IMG/VR virus record: IMGVR_UViG_3300037067_027627
Direction: 5' to 3' (one strand)
DNA: 64,000 nt
Source of the DNA: a virus
Lineage: Duplodnaviria; Heunggongvirae; Uroviricota; Caudoviricetes
Shown here one piece after another: positions 50,726 to 61,591 of this stretch (its first letter is position 1; every line of letters starts with the position of its first letter). The position numbers and the translations under genes are program-made. The notes beneath the pieces were generated by a model that made no database searches, was not told the origin of the DNA, and was given only the letters and a program-made list of their open reading frames with translations.

Positions 50726-53032
50726 TTATGCCCCTTCCCATTCGTCGCGGGGGTACTTTGGATTATCGTCGTAATTGTGTTTGTAATTATCACGAATCAC
50801 GAATCTCCCGGAGAGTGTCCCGTGCGAATCATAGTAATTACGCTCGTTAATACCAGCACGATATACAGACTTTGATATGACACGATTCGTATACAGATCT
50901 GTCCACATATTCAGCGTTGTCAATCCGAGGGCAAGATCCACTATTGCCCTCTTATCTTTGATAGACAAGGTTTCGATTTTATCATCACACCGCTTGCAAG
51001 ATTGTGCCGGTTTTGTGTCTGGAATTAACCCTTCTCCATAGTTATTCAGCATCTTTCCGTATTCTTTGAAATATGCACGTACTTGTAACCCGAGAGTATA
51101 TGTGAAGTTGTCAATCACACCTTCGTCAAATAAATATCTCCAGTTCTCCGGTGTTGTATTTCCCATCGCGTACTTCACGACCATCAACTTCTCTTTTGAC
51201 GGGGTTGTATTGATAACATACTGAGTATCTACGCCATTGATAAACCCGGCGCTGATGCGTTTATTAGCAGTATATTCAGATTCCTCCTGCTTTTCCTCCT
51301 CATATACTTCGCGCATGTGCTGCATACGAAGATCTGCTTCATATTCTATACGCGATTCTTTCGCGTTGTCGTAAAACCACTCGCTTATCAAACCTTGTTC
51401 CAGATAAGACGTGAGATCTGATACCGATATTGCGCCGGTTATAAAATCTACAAATATCGAGTGTTCTACTGTTCCCACCATATATCCGGATTTAACACCG
51501 AGATCTTCGATATCTTCGATTGCATCTCTGTCAATGTAATCATCGCGCGCGTCGCGAATGATCTCGCGCCCTTCTGCATCAAACGAAGGTACTTCTTCAC
51601 CTTCTCCTTGTTCATACCCTTCGAATAGTGATGTTTCCCGATGTGACTGTTTTAATGTAGACAGTGCCTCGCGCATTCTAGCATGCTTCTCTTCGACTGT
51701 CAACTCACCAGTGATGGCATGACGGTATTTGGCACGACCGTTGATGCCAATACGATGAACGAATGGTTGTATCCGCCCATCCATAAGCATATCATCCCAA
51801 TCACCATCCGATATCTTAAAGTCGTTATACTGTGCAAGCAACCTGCCTTCATCGTATGACATAATCGACGATGTAAGATGCCCTTCAATGTCTGTTTGCA
51901 CAGTCGGGGATCCACTCTTGCCGGATACGAAATCGTCTCTGCCAAGATTCTTATATTTCACTCGGCATTTCTGCCCGGTGATTTTCGGAATTTTCTGGTG
52001 GTGCTTCGGTTTTTTAACTCCTTGCACGCTTGGGGTTCCCAAATATTCGTATTCCCAATCAGTGCCGAACCCACCCCCGAACGTGTATGTTGTTGGGTAT
52101 ATATACTTACCACGGTGGTAATTTGGGTTACCTGCAAACTTATCGTGTCTCCAATCCATCGGGGCCGATGCAATTGCCAATTCGAGTTCACTTGCGTTTT
52201 CTATCGCAGCCTTAACTGCGATCATCACCGTGTATAATTCATTTACATCTACGAAATCTGTGCTCGTATGCGCGTTGTAATACCCAGCCGATAAGTTAAC
52301 GCACGGGGTATACTGTGAGATCACGTAGGTGTCTGCATATGATCCGCCAACATCGACAAACTTCAAGTTAGCAGACCTCTGCGAAATTACGTTAAACGCG
52401 TCAACAAATTCTTTTGGAGCACACGTTCTTCCACAATACTCTGATATGAGATCATTTCCACCACGTCGATCTATAGTGAAACAGCAAAGGATATTGTTAA
52501 AATCTCCAGATGTTAACGCTTCTGCACCCTTTCCTCCGATTTCCTCGCTCGCGGTGAAAATTATTTTCATCGGCAAGTTGGTATGCACTGCAAGTGTAAG
52601 TGCTACTGCAATCCCACACTTGTCGTCTCCACCAAGCATCTTACCATTTCCGGTAAATACATCGTCAAGCCATCGGTATTGGACATATTTTGCGATATCC
52701 GCGTCTTCTTTTCCCTGAACTGTATCTGTATGCGCATTTATACAAACAAGTTTATGCCCGTCAACCCCGCGTGCTGCATATACGTTTTTCACAGCGTCTG
52801 TATGCACCAGAAACCCGGCCTTCTTCAACGTGGATATACAGTATTCTACAACCTCGTCTTCACTCCCTGTTGGAGAGTACATCTTAAACAAGTCTTCCAG
52901 TATAAGTATGAGTTCTTGCTTGAGTGGTTTGCTGTACACGGTGCGTTGAAGCACGCTCTGCATCCATGTTGAAACACGATCCTTGAAATCGGACTTCTCC
53001 GGGGCAATAATATTTTTACGCTTACTGGGCAT
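50726..53032 (-). CDS. 768-aa protein: N-terminal M20-family metallopeptidase domain fused to a ~480-aa C-terminal region of unknown function
   Basis: CINAHTDTV, GGDDKCGIAVALTLA and FTASEEIGGKG form the M20 signature, paralogous to 12420..13580. Confidence 0.6.
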   Translation of the reverse strand: MPSKRKNIIAPEKSDFKDRVSTWMQSVLQRTVYSKPLKQELILILEDLFKMYSPTGSEDEVVEYCISTLKKAGFLVHTDAVKNVYAARGVDGHKLVCINAHTDTVQGKEDADIAKYVQYRWLDDVFTGNGKMLGGDDKCGIAVALTLAVHTNLPMKIIFTASEEIGGKGAEALTSGDFNNILCCFTIDRRGGNDLISEYCGRTCAPKEFVDAFNVISQRSANLKFVDVGGSYADTYVISQYTPCVNLSAGYYNAHTSTDFVDVNELYTVMIAVKAAIENASELELAIASAPMDWRHDKFAGNPNYHRGKYIYPTTYTFGGGFGTDWEYEYLGTPSVQGVKKPKHHQKIPKITGQKCRVKYKNLGRDDFVSGKSGSPTVQTDIEGHLTSSIMSYDEGRLLAQYNDFKISDGDWDDMLMDGRIQPFVHRIGINGRAKYRHAITGELTVEEKHARMREALSTLKQSHRETSLFEGYEQGEGEEVPSFDAEGREIIRDARDDYIDRDAIEDIEDLGVKSGYMVGTVEHSIFVDFITGAISVSDLTSYLEQGLISEWFYDNAKESRIEYEADLRMQHMREVYEEEKQEESEYTANKRISAGFINGVDTQYVINTTPSKEKLMVVKYAMGNTTPENWRYLFDEGVIDNFTYTLGLQVRAYFKEYGKMLNNYGEGLIPDTKPAQSCKRCDDKIETLSIKDKRAIVDLALGLTTLNMWTDLYTNRVISKSVYRAGINERNYYDSHGTLSGRFVIRDNYKHNYDDNPKYPRDEWEGA

Positions 53033-56000
53033 TCAGAACATCTCCTCGTCCTCTGATTGTTGAGAGGTCTTTCACCTTTATCACAGACATCAGATCCTGC
53101 ATACGATGGAGTGTCTGTCCGTCTATTTCGTCCAATTTGTGGTTTACAGTACCTCCGTCGTAGGATATCCAGTTGTCTGAAAACCGGATATTATACGCCA
53201 GATCTTTTGTAATAAGACCGCTTCCAAACAATCCCATTGCCATGTGTGGAGACATCTCCTGATAGAATCCACCCGGGCGCGCATCTTCGGATGTTAGATA
53301 CGATTTACAATCGCCTTCGTTACGCATCGAGTACGAATCCTCCGGATTACGCGGATCTTCTATCACGAGTATCGATTCCCCAGCTGAAGTACGTTCTATG
53401 CAGTTTTTGATTGCCATCTGACGAGCTTCATGCGAAAGTTCGCTAAGTCGTATTCCACCAAATCCCCCATCATCGTTCGGGGACAACCCACCACGCCGCG
53501 TTGCCTTCATCGCTGGAGTGAGGTCACTGCGCATGTATAGTTTGTTATCATTAAATACGTAATTTCCCGGGCTTCTACCGGCATGGGCGTCTGGATTGTA
53601 TGACCCGACACCATTGTATCCGTGTTCCCGAAGTATTACTCCGAGCGCAGAATTAATAGCACCCTCGTATTGCGGAAGTCCATATAACTGATCTACGATA
53701 AACGCAGAGTCTCTTTCGCCGGGTTTCTCCATCGCAGGGGTCATGAGCATACGTCCCATCCACGACGGGGATAGTTCGTCTGATGCAACGTATGCTACAT
53801 ATCCACCCATGTTCATTTTTGTAAGAAGACTGCGGTTCAATCCACTCTTACCGGGATAAGAACGGAATCCCATACAGGATGTCCACTGTTGGCACGTAGA
53901 CGACCTTAGGAAATCCGCAGGGCGGTTGCTAATTACCATTGTGAGTTTTCCACCGGCTTTCTTGACAGTTTTCATTGTAGCAATCTTCTTAATTGCGTTT
54001 TCTATATGCTTGTACTTTACAGCTTTGCCACGGACATCTTCAGCTCCAAGAAGCCGCCCCTTCGTGAATATCTCTGATACTGGTATTGACTCCGACCAGT
54101 CTACTTCGGAATTACTTCCGTCGTATCCGTGTAAATACGCCGTTACAGCCCAGTCATTATCGACATCTGTGTTCAGGATCACATCTTTGATTACAACGTT
54201 ATTCAGGTTCTTGAACTTCTTGAATTTAGTTCCAATTGTTCTTCTTATCGCCGGGAAGATATCCTCCTCAACCACTTTCGCGTAATCGAACCGTTCTACG
54301 TTATTAACAACCCCGAGTCGTGCGGGATCGAACGTTATGTCGTATACTCCGGATAACCCAAACAGATCGTCTTCCCCACGGTATTTGAAATGGCTCATCG
54401 AAAACTCAGGATCCTTCGCATACGCTGTTGCCCAGTTGTCAACCAGTATATTATATCCACCATACGACTCGCCTTTCTCATTTGTAAGGCTGTGCTCCAG
54501 TTCCGTGTCTGCAATAAATCCTTTAAAGCAATCAGAGTCCACGCATACCCGCTTGTCGAGAGGATCTTTAACCTTGTCACACCCCGAACATGTCGAGTGT
54601 AGAGCCAATGCTAAATGATCGTATCTGGGTCTGCGATCACCAACGTTGTGGTGAGACCCTTTCGAAGTCATGAGATAATGCGATAGATGAAACAAATCAA
54701 CGCGGGAACATACCAGACTGCGTAACGTCTCTTCTTTCCCATCTGCGGTTTTTATAACCGAATCTGCATATTTGGGGAATTCTTTATTGGACATCATCGC
54801 AACATACATTCCCATGTTGTTTTTAAGCTGTCTGGGAACAACGGTATTGTAATGCGTCATTGCATACTCAAGACACGATATCTTATTATTATCTCCGAGA
54901 TCACACATCTTGGGCTTGTACATGTCTCTCAATGAGAACAATCGCTGGAATTCATCAGATTTCTGACTTTCTCCGGACTCTGCACGGTATATGTACATTG
55001 CAGGAACCATATCCACGATCTTCTGAACACATGATATTGTCTTCCCTTCGCCATTCTTACACTCGAATGTGTTTAAAGATACAGATTCCATACGATCCGG
55101 AGATATTATGTCTGGAATTCCTATGGCAATGTAATCAGCAAATGTATTTATATACTGCTGATTAATGTCGTATAATTTGAGTAATCGTGGCGCAATCAGG
55201 TATTCACGACGCGCTTCCCCATCGATGGACTTGATCAATTCACGAACGTATGTATTGTGTTCCCTGTCGAATGAAATATCCGGAAGCATAGGAAGATATT
55301 TTGAATACACTTCAAGATCATCTACGAGAACCTGCCGGAACAACGGTGTGGAATATGACACAGAATGCGATTTCATACTTCCTATGTCGTAATCTTCTGA
55401 TACCGATTGGAAACCACTGTACCCGGTTATATTCATTTCTTTGGAAGCTACCGACAGATTCGCCATCATCTTGCTAACGTTATCAATCTCCGCAGCAAGT
55501 GATTCGCGTTCTCTAGAATCCCGCGATGCTTGCAGTTTACGGGTCAATCCATCTACAACTTTACGAAGGAACCGTGCTTGGAACTTTGCATAAACCCACA
55601 CTTCGTGCCGCTGCATCATCTTGTCAACGCATGTAATAGCATTCCCACTAGAATCTGTACAATCGGGAAGGTTTAGCAATACACCCCGCTTTCGCAGTGC
55701 TATGATCGGAGTTGCATTTGCAGATTCCCCAACGAGTTTGTCGAGACAATTTGTAGTTAAACCGGAGAATCTCTCGTCGGTACATGTGAGATCTGATAAT
55801 GGGACATCTTTCACGATCGAGTCTAATATACGTCCCGCCCCGGTGACCTCACCAGATAATGAGTCTATAAGAACATCCATACATGTAATGGGGGTTTGTG
55901 ATTTTCCACGAAGTAGAGAGCAATCCCCATTGAGTAAACCATGTTGCATCGTATCAATATATGATGGCTGTTGCTCAGAAAGATTGTTCAGGTATTGGAA

Positions 56001-57407
56001 GAAGTCCGTAGACGATATAGACGATCCTTCCACATCTGGGCCACGAGTTGCCCATCGCATCCGTGTATTGTCTATCAACCTTGCGAAACACGACTGCGTT
56101 TCCTCGTATCCGGCGTACCTGCACAATGGCTGATCTACAATCATTTCACGTCCCATTACAGATTCTGACAAGTAAGATAACAAAATCCCGGTTCTTACCA
56201 TGTAGTCAATCCCATTGATGGTACTATATCCATCAGATGGGCGAATTGATCGTTCAAACGCGGATACGTTTCTAAAATTGTAATCTCGCGTAAGTATATC
56301 AAAAAATCCAGATCTGAGATCTCCCGGCGCAGTTTTAAGAAGATACTGCCCAATTCTCGCTGCGCGAGTCCCATATCCCCCATCTCCAACAGTCTTAGCA
56401 CTGCAACGATTCAGGAACTCTTGAATCATTGGCAATCCTATATCTGTTTTGACAGACCAGTCGTATTCATCCATACGCGTGATAAATGGATATGAACTGT
56501 CCGGACTGTACACCCCACCCATGTTTTCAACAGATGATGTTGCCATTGCTATAAGCTTCTGCAAGCAAGGCATTGTTTTAAACTTGCCGTTACCACGTGG
56601 CTTGTGATGCGCACACACCATGCCGTTGTTGATTTTATTTATGATTTCAGGAACTGTTTCCAAGTATACGGTTGAACCCGTGGCAGAGTCGTATATTCCC
56701 TCGTCATTTGCAATTATATCAAGTACATCTGATATACACGAATACGAATCACCAGTTGCACCATCAATACCAGATACCTTACAGTATCCCTGTTCCGGAG
56801 ATGCTTTGTCATTCAGCACGAAGAACTTCAATATTGCTTCTTCGAATGACATTGCATATCCGTAAGTGTTTAGTATATCGTAGTAGGTGTACCCATGATA
56901 TAGCAAGTTATCGAGTGTCTGGTTTTTTGGCAATGCATATTTACGACTCTCATCAAACACCGGGTTTGTGAGAAGTTCCCGTATTGCATCATTATTCCCA
57001 GAATACATATCGGGTTTCACAATCACCCGTATAGATTTCCCATGATTCTTCCTATATGCAACTTCTTTGAGAATGATATCCAAACAAGTGCGGTCTTCTT
57101 CTCCCCCCGCCATTGTCGCCATACTCCCGGTTGTCTCTATATATTCAAGGCATCGCATTAAAATACGACCGAGCCGTTCTGGACGATCGTAGGTACCACT
57201 ATCTGGAACTTTAAACTCCTCTTGTTTTCTCCTTCGCGGGTGCTCAGAGGCAGGTTTCTTTGGAACCCTATATGTTTTAAAAATATCTACAGGGGGACGA
57301 CGCGGAGTGTAACCCCATGAACGATTCGCTTCATCGCCATCGCTGTACTCGGTTTCCTCCTCAATAACGTAATCTTCGTAATCTTCGTAATCCTCATCAT
57401 CAGGCAC
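53022..57407 (-). CDS. 1461-aa protein of unknown function with an acidic DYEDYEDY N-terminus
   Basis: One uninterrupted ORF with no polymerase, helicase or capsid motifs recognised by eye. Its 11-nt overlap with the downstream M20 fusion gene suggests co-translation. Confidence 0.55.
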   Translation of the reverse strand: MPDDEDYEDYEDYVIEEETEYSDGDEANRSWGYTPRRPPVDIFKTYRVPKKPASEHPRRRKQEEFKVPDSGTYDRPERLGRILMRCLEYIETTGSMATMAGGEEDRTCLDIILKEVAYRKNHGKSIRVIVKPDMYSGNNDAIRELLTNPVFDESRKYALPKNQTLDNLLYHGYTYYDILNTYGYAMSFEEAILKFFVLNDKASPEQGYCKVSGIDGATGDSYSCISDVLDIIANDEGIYDSATGSTVYLETVPEIINKINNGMVCAHHKPRGNGKFKTMPCLQKLIAMATSSVENMGGVYSPDSSYPFITRMDEYDWSVKTDIGLPMIQEFLNRCSAKTVGDGGYGTRAARIGQYLLKTAPGDLRSGFFDILTRDYNFRNVSAFERSIRPSDGYSTINGIDYMVRTGILLSYLSESVMGREMIVDQPLCRYAGYEETQSCFARLIDNTRMRWATRGPDVEGSSISSTDFFQYLNNLSEQQPSYIDTMQHGLLNGDCSLLRGKSQTPITCMDVLIDSLSGEVTGAGRILDSIVKDVPLSDLTCTDERFSGLTTNCLDKLVGESANATPIIALRKRGVLLNLPDCTDSSGNAITCVDKMMQRHEVWVYAKFQARFLRKVVDGLTRKLQASRDSRERESLAAEIDNVSKMMANLSVASKEMNITGYSGFQSVSEDYDIGSMKSHSVSYSTPLFRQVLVDDLEVYSKYLPMLPDISFDREHNTYVRELIKSIDGEARREYLIAPRLLKLYDINQQYINTFADYIAIGIPDIISPDRMESVSLNTFECKNGEGKTISCVQKIVDMVPAMYIYRAESGESQKSDEFQRLFSLRDMYKPKMCDLGDNNKISCLEYAMTHYNTVVPRQLKNNMGMYVAMMSNKEFPKYADSVIKTADGKEETLRSLVCSRVDLFHLSHYLMTSKGSHHNVGDRRPRYDHLALALHSTCSGCDKVKDPLDKRVCVDSDCFKGFIADTELEHSLTNEKGESYGGYNILVDNWATAYAKDPEFSMSHFKYRGEDDLFGLSGVYDITFDPARLGVVNNVERFDYAKVVEEDIFPAIRRTIGTKFKKFKNLNNVVIKDVILNTDVDNDWAVTAYLHGYDGSNSEVDWSESIPVSEIFTKGRLLGAEDVRGKAVKYKHIENAIKKIATMKTVKKAGGKLTMVISNRPADFLRSSTCQQWTSCMGFRSYPGKSGLNRSLLTKMNMGGYVAYVASDELSPSWMGRMLMTPAMEKPGERDSAFIVDQLYGLPQYEGAINSALGVILREHGYNGVGSYNPDAHAGRSPGNYVFNDNKLYMRSDLTPAMKATRRGGLSPNDDGGFGGIRLSELSHEARQMAIKNCIERTSAGESILVIEDPRNPEDSYSMRNEGDCKSYLTSEDARPGGFYQEMSPHMAMGLFGSGLITKDLAYNIRFSDNWISYDGGTVNHKLDEIDGQTLHRMQDLMSVIKVKDLSTIRGRGDVLNAQ

Positions 57408-57413
57408 TGTAAT

Positions 57414-57605
57414 TCACCGTCTTCGCGTTTTTCCACGAAGTTCCTCGTCAACAGTAGGAACATGTGGTTCTATTATCGTATCGCTCGTTATAAGAACGTC
57501 TTTAAAAGCGTTCACTATCTCGTCGGTTTCAGTTTTCCCACGCGGGCGTGTTAACGGGTACAAACATGATGCCGTAGATTTTGAAGAAGAACGCCGTTTA
57601 ACCAT
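57414..57605 (-). CDS. Small hypothetical protein
   Basis: 63-aa ORF. Confidence 0.3.
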   Translation of the reverse strand: MVKRRSSSKSTASCLYPLTRPRGKTETDEIVNAFKDVLITSDTIIEPHVPTVDEELRGKTRRR

Positions 57606-59079
57606 GATATATCCTTATCGCATCTGGTATAAAAACATACCTACCATAAGGTATATTAACCACAGTGGACATGTAATATTTATGTCTAGTGTTATAAAAC
57701 AAGTACTCAAATACTTAAAGGAAAACGGTGGATCCACACTTGAAGAGATCTCGAACGGCACCGGGGTTCCGCAAACGGATCTGCTAGTTGCAGTTGGGCA
57801 TATCATCGAGGATGGGTATGTTGTATTCAACGAAACCAACAAAACATATAAAATAAAGTTTGTGCTTAACCCAGTAATATCAGCAGAACGTCTTTCAGAA
57901 AAAACAGCGTGGGACTACAATAAAATACAAGAAAAACTTGCGACCGTCACCCCGCAAACAACCAGAACAATTCCAGAGAAATGGCGAAATCCATACCTGA
58001 GTTACCTTCCAGATAGAATTGATCAGGGTGATCGAGGAACATGTGTTGGATTCTCTTCTGCCATCGGAGCAACTTTATTATATTACCAAATTACCAAAGA
58101 CCTGCCTACCCCGGAGGAAGTTGCCGCAGAAAAGCGAAATGTGGAGTACAAACTGTGTTCCAGCAGCAAACCACTCATTTGCGACCAGTTTAACAAGAGA
58201 TGGAAAAGTCCACAGTTTATATACATGATGAGCCGCCTTGTTGGGAATGTCACTTCTCCGGAAGGATCGTATGTGAGTGCCGCAGTGAAAGCATTGAATA
58301 AGTATGGATCTGTTTTCGAAACTGAATGCACAACATCAAAAACACCATACTGTGTGGCGGAATGGTATCCCACGTTAAACGGAGAATCCACAGAAGATGC
58401 AAAATGCAGAATCATGCTCAGTGGTCTCAGTCATCTCACAGAAGGATATGCGCAGGTAGGCACATTCGACGCTATTTGCGACGCCGTATATACGCATGGA
58501 TTCGCTCTCATCGCGATAAATATCTACGAGAACTATACCCGTGACAACTGTGAAGGAAACTATCCGGATCCAAACGGATCGGTTGTTGGATCACACGCAC
58601 AGTGTGTTGTTGGATACGATAAGATCGCCCGCACTCTCGAATTCCGTCAATCGTGGGGAAATTCGTGGACAAACGAAGGCGGAATATCAGAGCGATACTT
58701 CGAGGAAGCTGCATCCGAAGCATTTATTATTCTGGATGAGAACGAAACCAAAGTCGGGCAAACCATATACACGAAAGTTGCAGTAACGTCGAATGTGAAC
58801 TGCACGTATAAAGTTGACAATGATAATGCCACTGTATCAAACGGGGTTGTCGCACTTGAACGTGGTGTACGTCATACTATTACTGCTACAGCTGTTGATG
58901 CATCCACCGTAACCGAACCTACAATGTCCGTAACGTTCACCCCATTGAATGAAACACACGAAGTTGATTTCACATTTACTAAAGTTGATATCCCATCTCC
59001 TGTAGTAAAAAAAAGCCTGATCAGAGCAATCTATGATCTTATTATAGCATTTTTATCTGCGTTTAAACGATCTGCGTGA
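57604..59079 (+). CDS. Papain-like (C1-family) cysteine protease with an N-terminal winged-helix-like segment
   Basis: DQGDRGTCVGFSSAIG (Q...C), VVGSHAQCVVGYD (H) and RQSWGNSWTNEGG (N-S-W-G) form the papain-like catalytic set. The start may instead be MSSVIKQV at ~57682. Confidence 0.55.
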   Translation: MIYPYRIWYKNIPTIRYINHSGHVIFMSSVIKQVLKYLKENGGSTLEEISNGTGVPQTDLLVAVGHIIEDGYVVFNETNKTYKIKFVLNPVISAERLSEKTAWDYNKIQEKLATVTPQTTRTIPEKWRNPYLSYLPDRIDQGDRGTCVGFSSAIGATLLYYQITKDLPTPEEVAAEKRNVEYKLCSSSKPLICDQFNKRWKSPQFIYMMSRLVGNVTSPEGSYVSAAVKALNKYGSVFETECTTSKTPYCVAEWYPTLNGESTEDAKCRIMLSGLSHLTEGYAQVGTFDAICDAVYTHGFALIAINIYENYTRDNCEGNYPDPNGSVVGSHAQCVVGYDKIARTLEFRQSWGNSWTNEGGISERYFEEAASEAFIILDENETKVGQTIYTKVAVTSNVNCTYKVDNDNATVSNGVVALERGVRHTITATAVDASTVTEPTMSVTFTPLNETHEVDFTFTKVDIPSPVVKKSLIRAIYDLIIAFLSAFKRSA

Positions 59080-59126
59080 TTCGGGTAATCCCATCACCTA
59101 CTATTTTTGTAAATCAAAAAAAATAA

Positions 59127-60584
59127 TTAGATATTATCACTATATCCGCCCGGATATGCGTTCACATCCCACATTGTAACTACAATGTGATCCGTAGGTT
59201 CTGATGATACCCCACCAATATTATAAACGTCACCCGATGCAGCGGTAGTGATAATCGAACCAGAGTTCCAATTCACTGTATAATTCCACGCGTCCTGCTG
59301 GAACCCGTCACCTACCATCAAAATACTTCCGTCTCGAAGCCCGCATACTTTCGAGTTATATCGATCTCCCCATGTAGCATTTGATGTTACACAACTCCAT
59401 GTCGCTCCCATATCTACAGATTTCCATATTTCTGCGCTTCCGGGTTGCCCCCCAACCATAAAGACGATGTTGCCAGATCCCTCTACTCCCGCACACCCTG
59501 CTCTTCCTTCCCACTCTGTAGTTGACGTTTGGCATAACCAAGTTGCTCCGTCATCTGTGGATCTCCAGACATCTCTCATGTATGAATAATCGACAAGGTT
59601 CTGACCTCCAAACAAAAGAATGCTATTATCTGACAATGGTACCATAGTCGGGGAATATCTTCCTTCTGTTCCCATCCATACCGCACTGGATGTCTGACAT
59701 GTCCATGTTACCCCATCGTTTGTAGATTTCCAAATGGCATTTGACAAACCAGCACATATAATATTCCCACTTGTTGTTATCAAAGCCGCATCCGGGGATT
59801 TCATAACGAGATTAGAAGTCTGCGCTGTCCACGTAATCCCATCTGTGGATTTCCAAACGTCTTTAGGATAATTCCAATCATTACGCCCTCCTATAAGAAC
59901 CACGATATCGTTTGCACCATCAAATCTCGATACAAGCCCTGCGTACCTACGCCCGCTACTCCACGATGCTGATGAAGTAAGGCAAGTCCAGTTAGCCCCC
60001 TTGTTAACAGATTTCCAAACAATAGGCGGATACTTAGTTCCAGTATATCCGCCTGCTGTTATTATAGAACCGTCATGCAAAACCGTATACTGATGATCAA
60101 ACAGAAGACCATATTCGGCTTGAGAAGTCAAACAGGTTGGGCCAATGCCCCCACCACTTTGCCCGCCCACGACTACGATTTTCGCAGTGTTCCCTACTAT
60201 AATTCCGGTTTTCCCATCGTCTACCCCATTCATCATGGTAAATATTCGTCCAGATAAAATATCCGGAGTGAACGATTTTACAGAATCCGTGATATAGGAT
60301 AACTCCCCAATCATGGATACTCCATCGGTGAGAGATCCGCTGATCACGACAGACCCGTCGTATCGTGTTGCGAATTTTGGGATTGAGATCGTAGAGTTCT
60401 TATATCCGTCTGCGTTCACAGACAAGAGATCCAGAATTACATTTGCTGAGGTATAGAAATATCCACTCTCGTTAGTAACAACACTCCACCCAGATCCTTG
60501 CGTAAGAACAGCACCGGATATGTATACATCTTGTGATTCGGTACTCTTTTTTGCGTCGCGAACGTTTCCTCTTAGAACAACCAT
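59127..60584 (-). CDS. Beta-propeller-like repeat protein
   Basis: At least five repeats of W-[TLS]-C-x-T-S-x-A-x-W spaced ~45-50 aa apart (WTCLTSSASW, WTAQTS, WTCQTSSAVW, WLCQTSTTEW, WSCVTSNATW). Confidence 0.5.
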   Translation of the reverse strand: MVVLRGNVRDAKKSTESQDVYISGAVLTQGSGWSVVTNESGYFYTSANVILDLLSVNADGYKNSTISIPKFATRYDGSVVISGSLTDGVSMIGELSYITDSVKSFTPDILSGRIFTMMNGVDDGKTGIIVGNTAKIVVVGGQSGGGIGPTCLTSQAEYGLLFDHQYTVLHDGSIITAGGYTGTKYPPIVWKSVNKGANWTCLTSSASWSSGRRYAGLVSRFDGANDIVVLIGGRNDWNYPKDVWKSTDGITWTAQTSNLVMKSPDAALITTSGNIICAGLSNAIWKSTNDGVTWTCQTSSAVWMGTEGRYSPTMVPLSDNSILLFGGQNLVDYSYMRDVWRSTDDGATWLCQTSTTEWEGRAGCAGVEGSGNIVFMVGGQPGSAEIWKSVDMGATWSCVTSNATWGDRYNSKVCGLRDGSILMVGDGFQQDAWNYTVNWNSGSIITTAASGDVYNIGGVSSEPTDHIVVTMWDVNAYPGGYSDNI

Positions 60585-60586
60585 AA

Positions 60587-61126
60587 TTACTCTCCAAACG
60601 CAGATTTTATAAACTGTGAAACTATGTCATCGGGATTTGATATAAAACTATGTTCTCTTAACGCGCCTATCATGAATTCGGCGAACATCTCTTCTGTATG
60701 GAAACGATGCAATATCATGTTCAAAAGAACACCATCCCGTTTCACAGCCCACTCGTAAATCACATGCCCGTATTCATGAAGCAGCGAATCCTCAATAAGA
60801 TCCGTAACTGTGTTCTCTGCAAGTGCACCATGCACTTTCGCAATTGATATAAACTTTGGATTTATCCAGAATATTATATTTCCAGTAAATTGTGACATAC
60901 TCCTGTATATAGCCACATCTTTTTTATGTTGTGGCGTGAACGCATGTATTTTTACCTGAAACGTATCCGATATCCCGGCCTGTTGCAGTAACTGCGCAAC
61001 ACTGGAACTTGCTTCACGAACGCCCCGTTCTAGCATTGGATCGTACTTCACAGTTTTACGACCGTCTGGTTTTTTCACGTAACACCTCTGATATATACCC
61101 TTCAAGTTCAAGATCAAAATCGACAA
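60587..61126 (-). CDS. Zincin-like metalloprotease (HExxH)
   Basis: LLHEYGHVIYEW. Confidence 0.5.
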   Translation of the reverse strand: MSILILNLKGIYQRCYVKKPDGRKTVKYDPMLERGVREASSSVAQLLQQAGISDTFQVKIHAFTPQHKKDVAIYRSMSQFTGNIIFWINPKFISIAKVHGALAENTVTDLIEDSLLHEYGHVIYEWAVKRDGVLLNMILHRFHTEEMFAEFMIGALREHSFISNPDDIVSQFIKSAFGE

Positions 61127-61427
61127 GTTCTTGGTTATACTCGATATACGGATCGTTTACCATACTCGTCCCAACTAACGATTCGAACCAATGTGCCGTT
61201 TTCCGGGCAGACCCCCATCTCGTATCTGCAAGCCCGGAATCATTAAATATTTTGTTGTGCAGCCGCGCACGCTCGTCCTCATAACCTTGGTATCCATACC
61301 TTCTCACAAGTATCCGGGATCCGCGCAAAAAATTAGCATAATCGGTTATAGAATCTTTCGGAACCACGCGCCCCGCGATACGAACATATTCCATGCATAT
61401 CACCGGCAGTGATGGCACTTGGAGCAT
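61056..61427 (-). CDS. Hypothetical protein
   Basis: 123 aa. Its 3' end overlaps the previous gene by 70 nt in another frame. Confidence 0.35.
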   Translation of the reverse strand: MLQVPSLPVICMEYVRIAGRVVPKDSITDYANFLRGSRILVRRYGYQGYEDERARLHNKIFNDSGLADTRWGSARKTAHWFESLVGTSMVNDPYIEYNQELVDFDLELEGYISEVLREKTRRS

Positions 61428-61591
61428 GTAATCGTGTATTTCCCATTGTTAAGTATTTCAAGCTGCTTAAGAGCATAATCCGGATCCCGCATCTCCGGAG
61501 TTATCATAGACGGATCTACGAACATCGGGACGCTCGACTTAGATACGTCTGGTAGTGTGGTTGCCATGAATATGAATCAATGAACAAGTAT

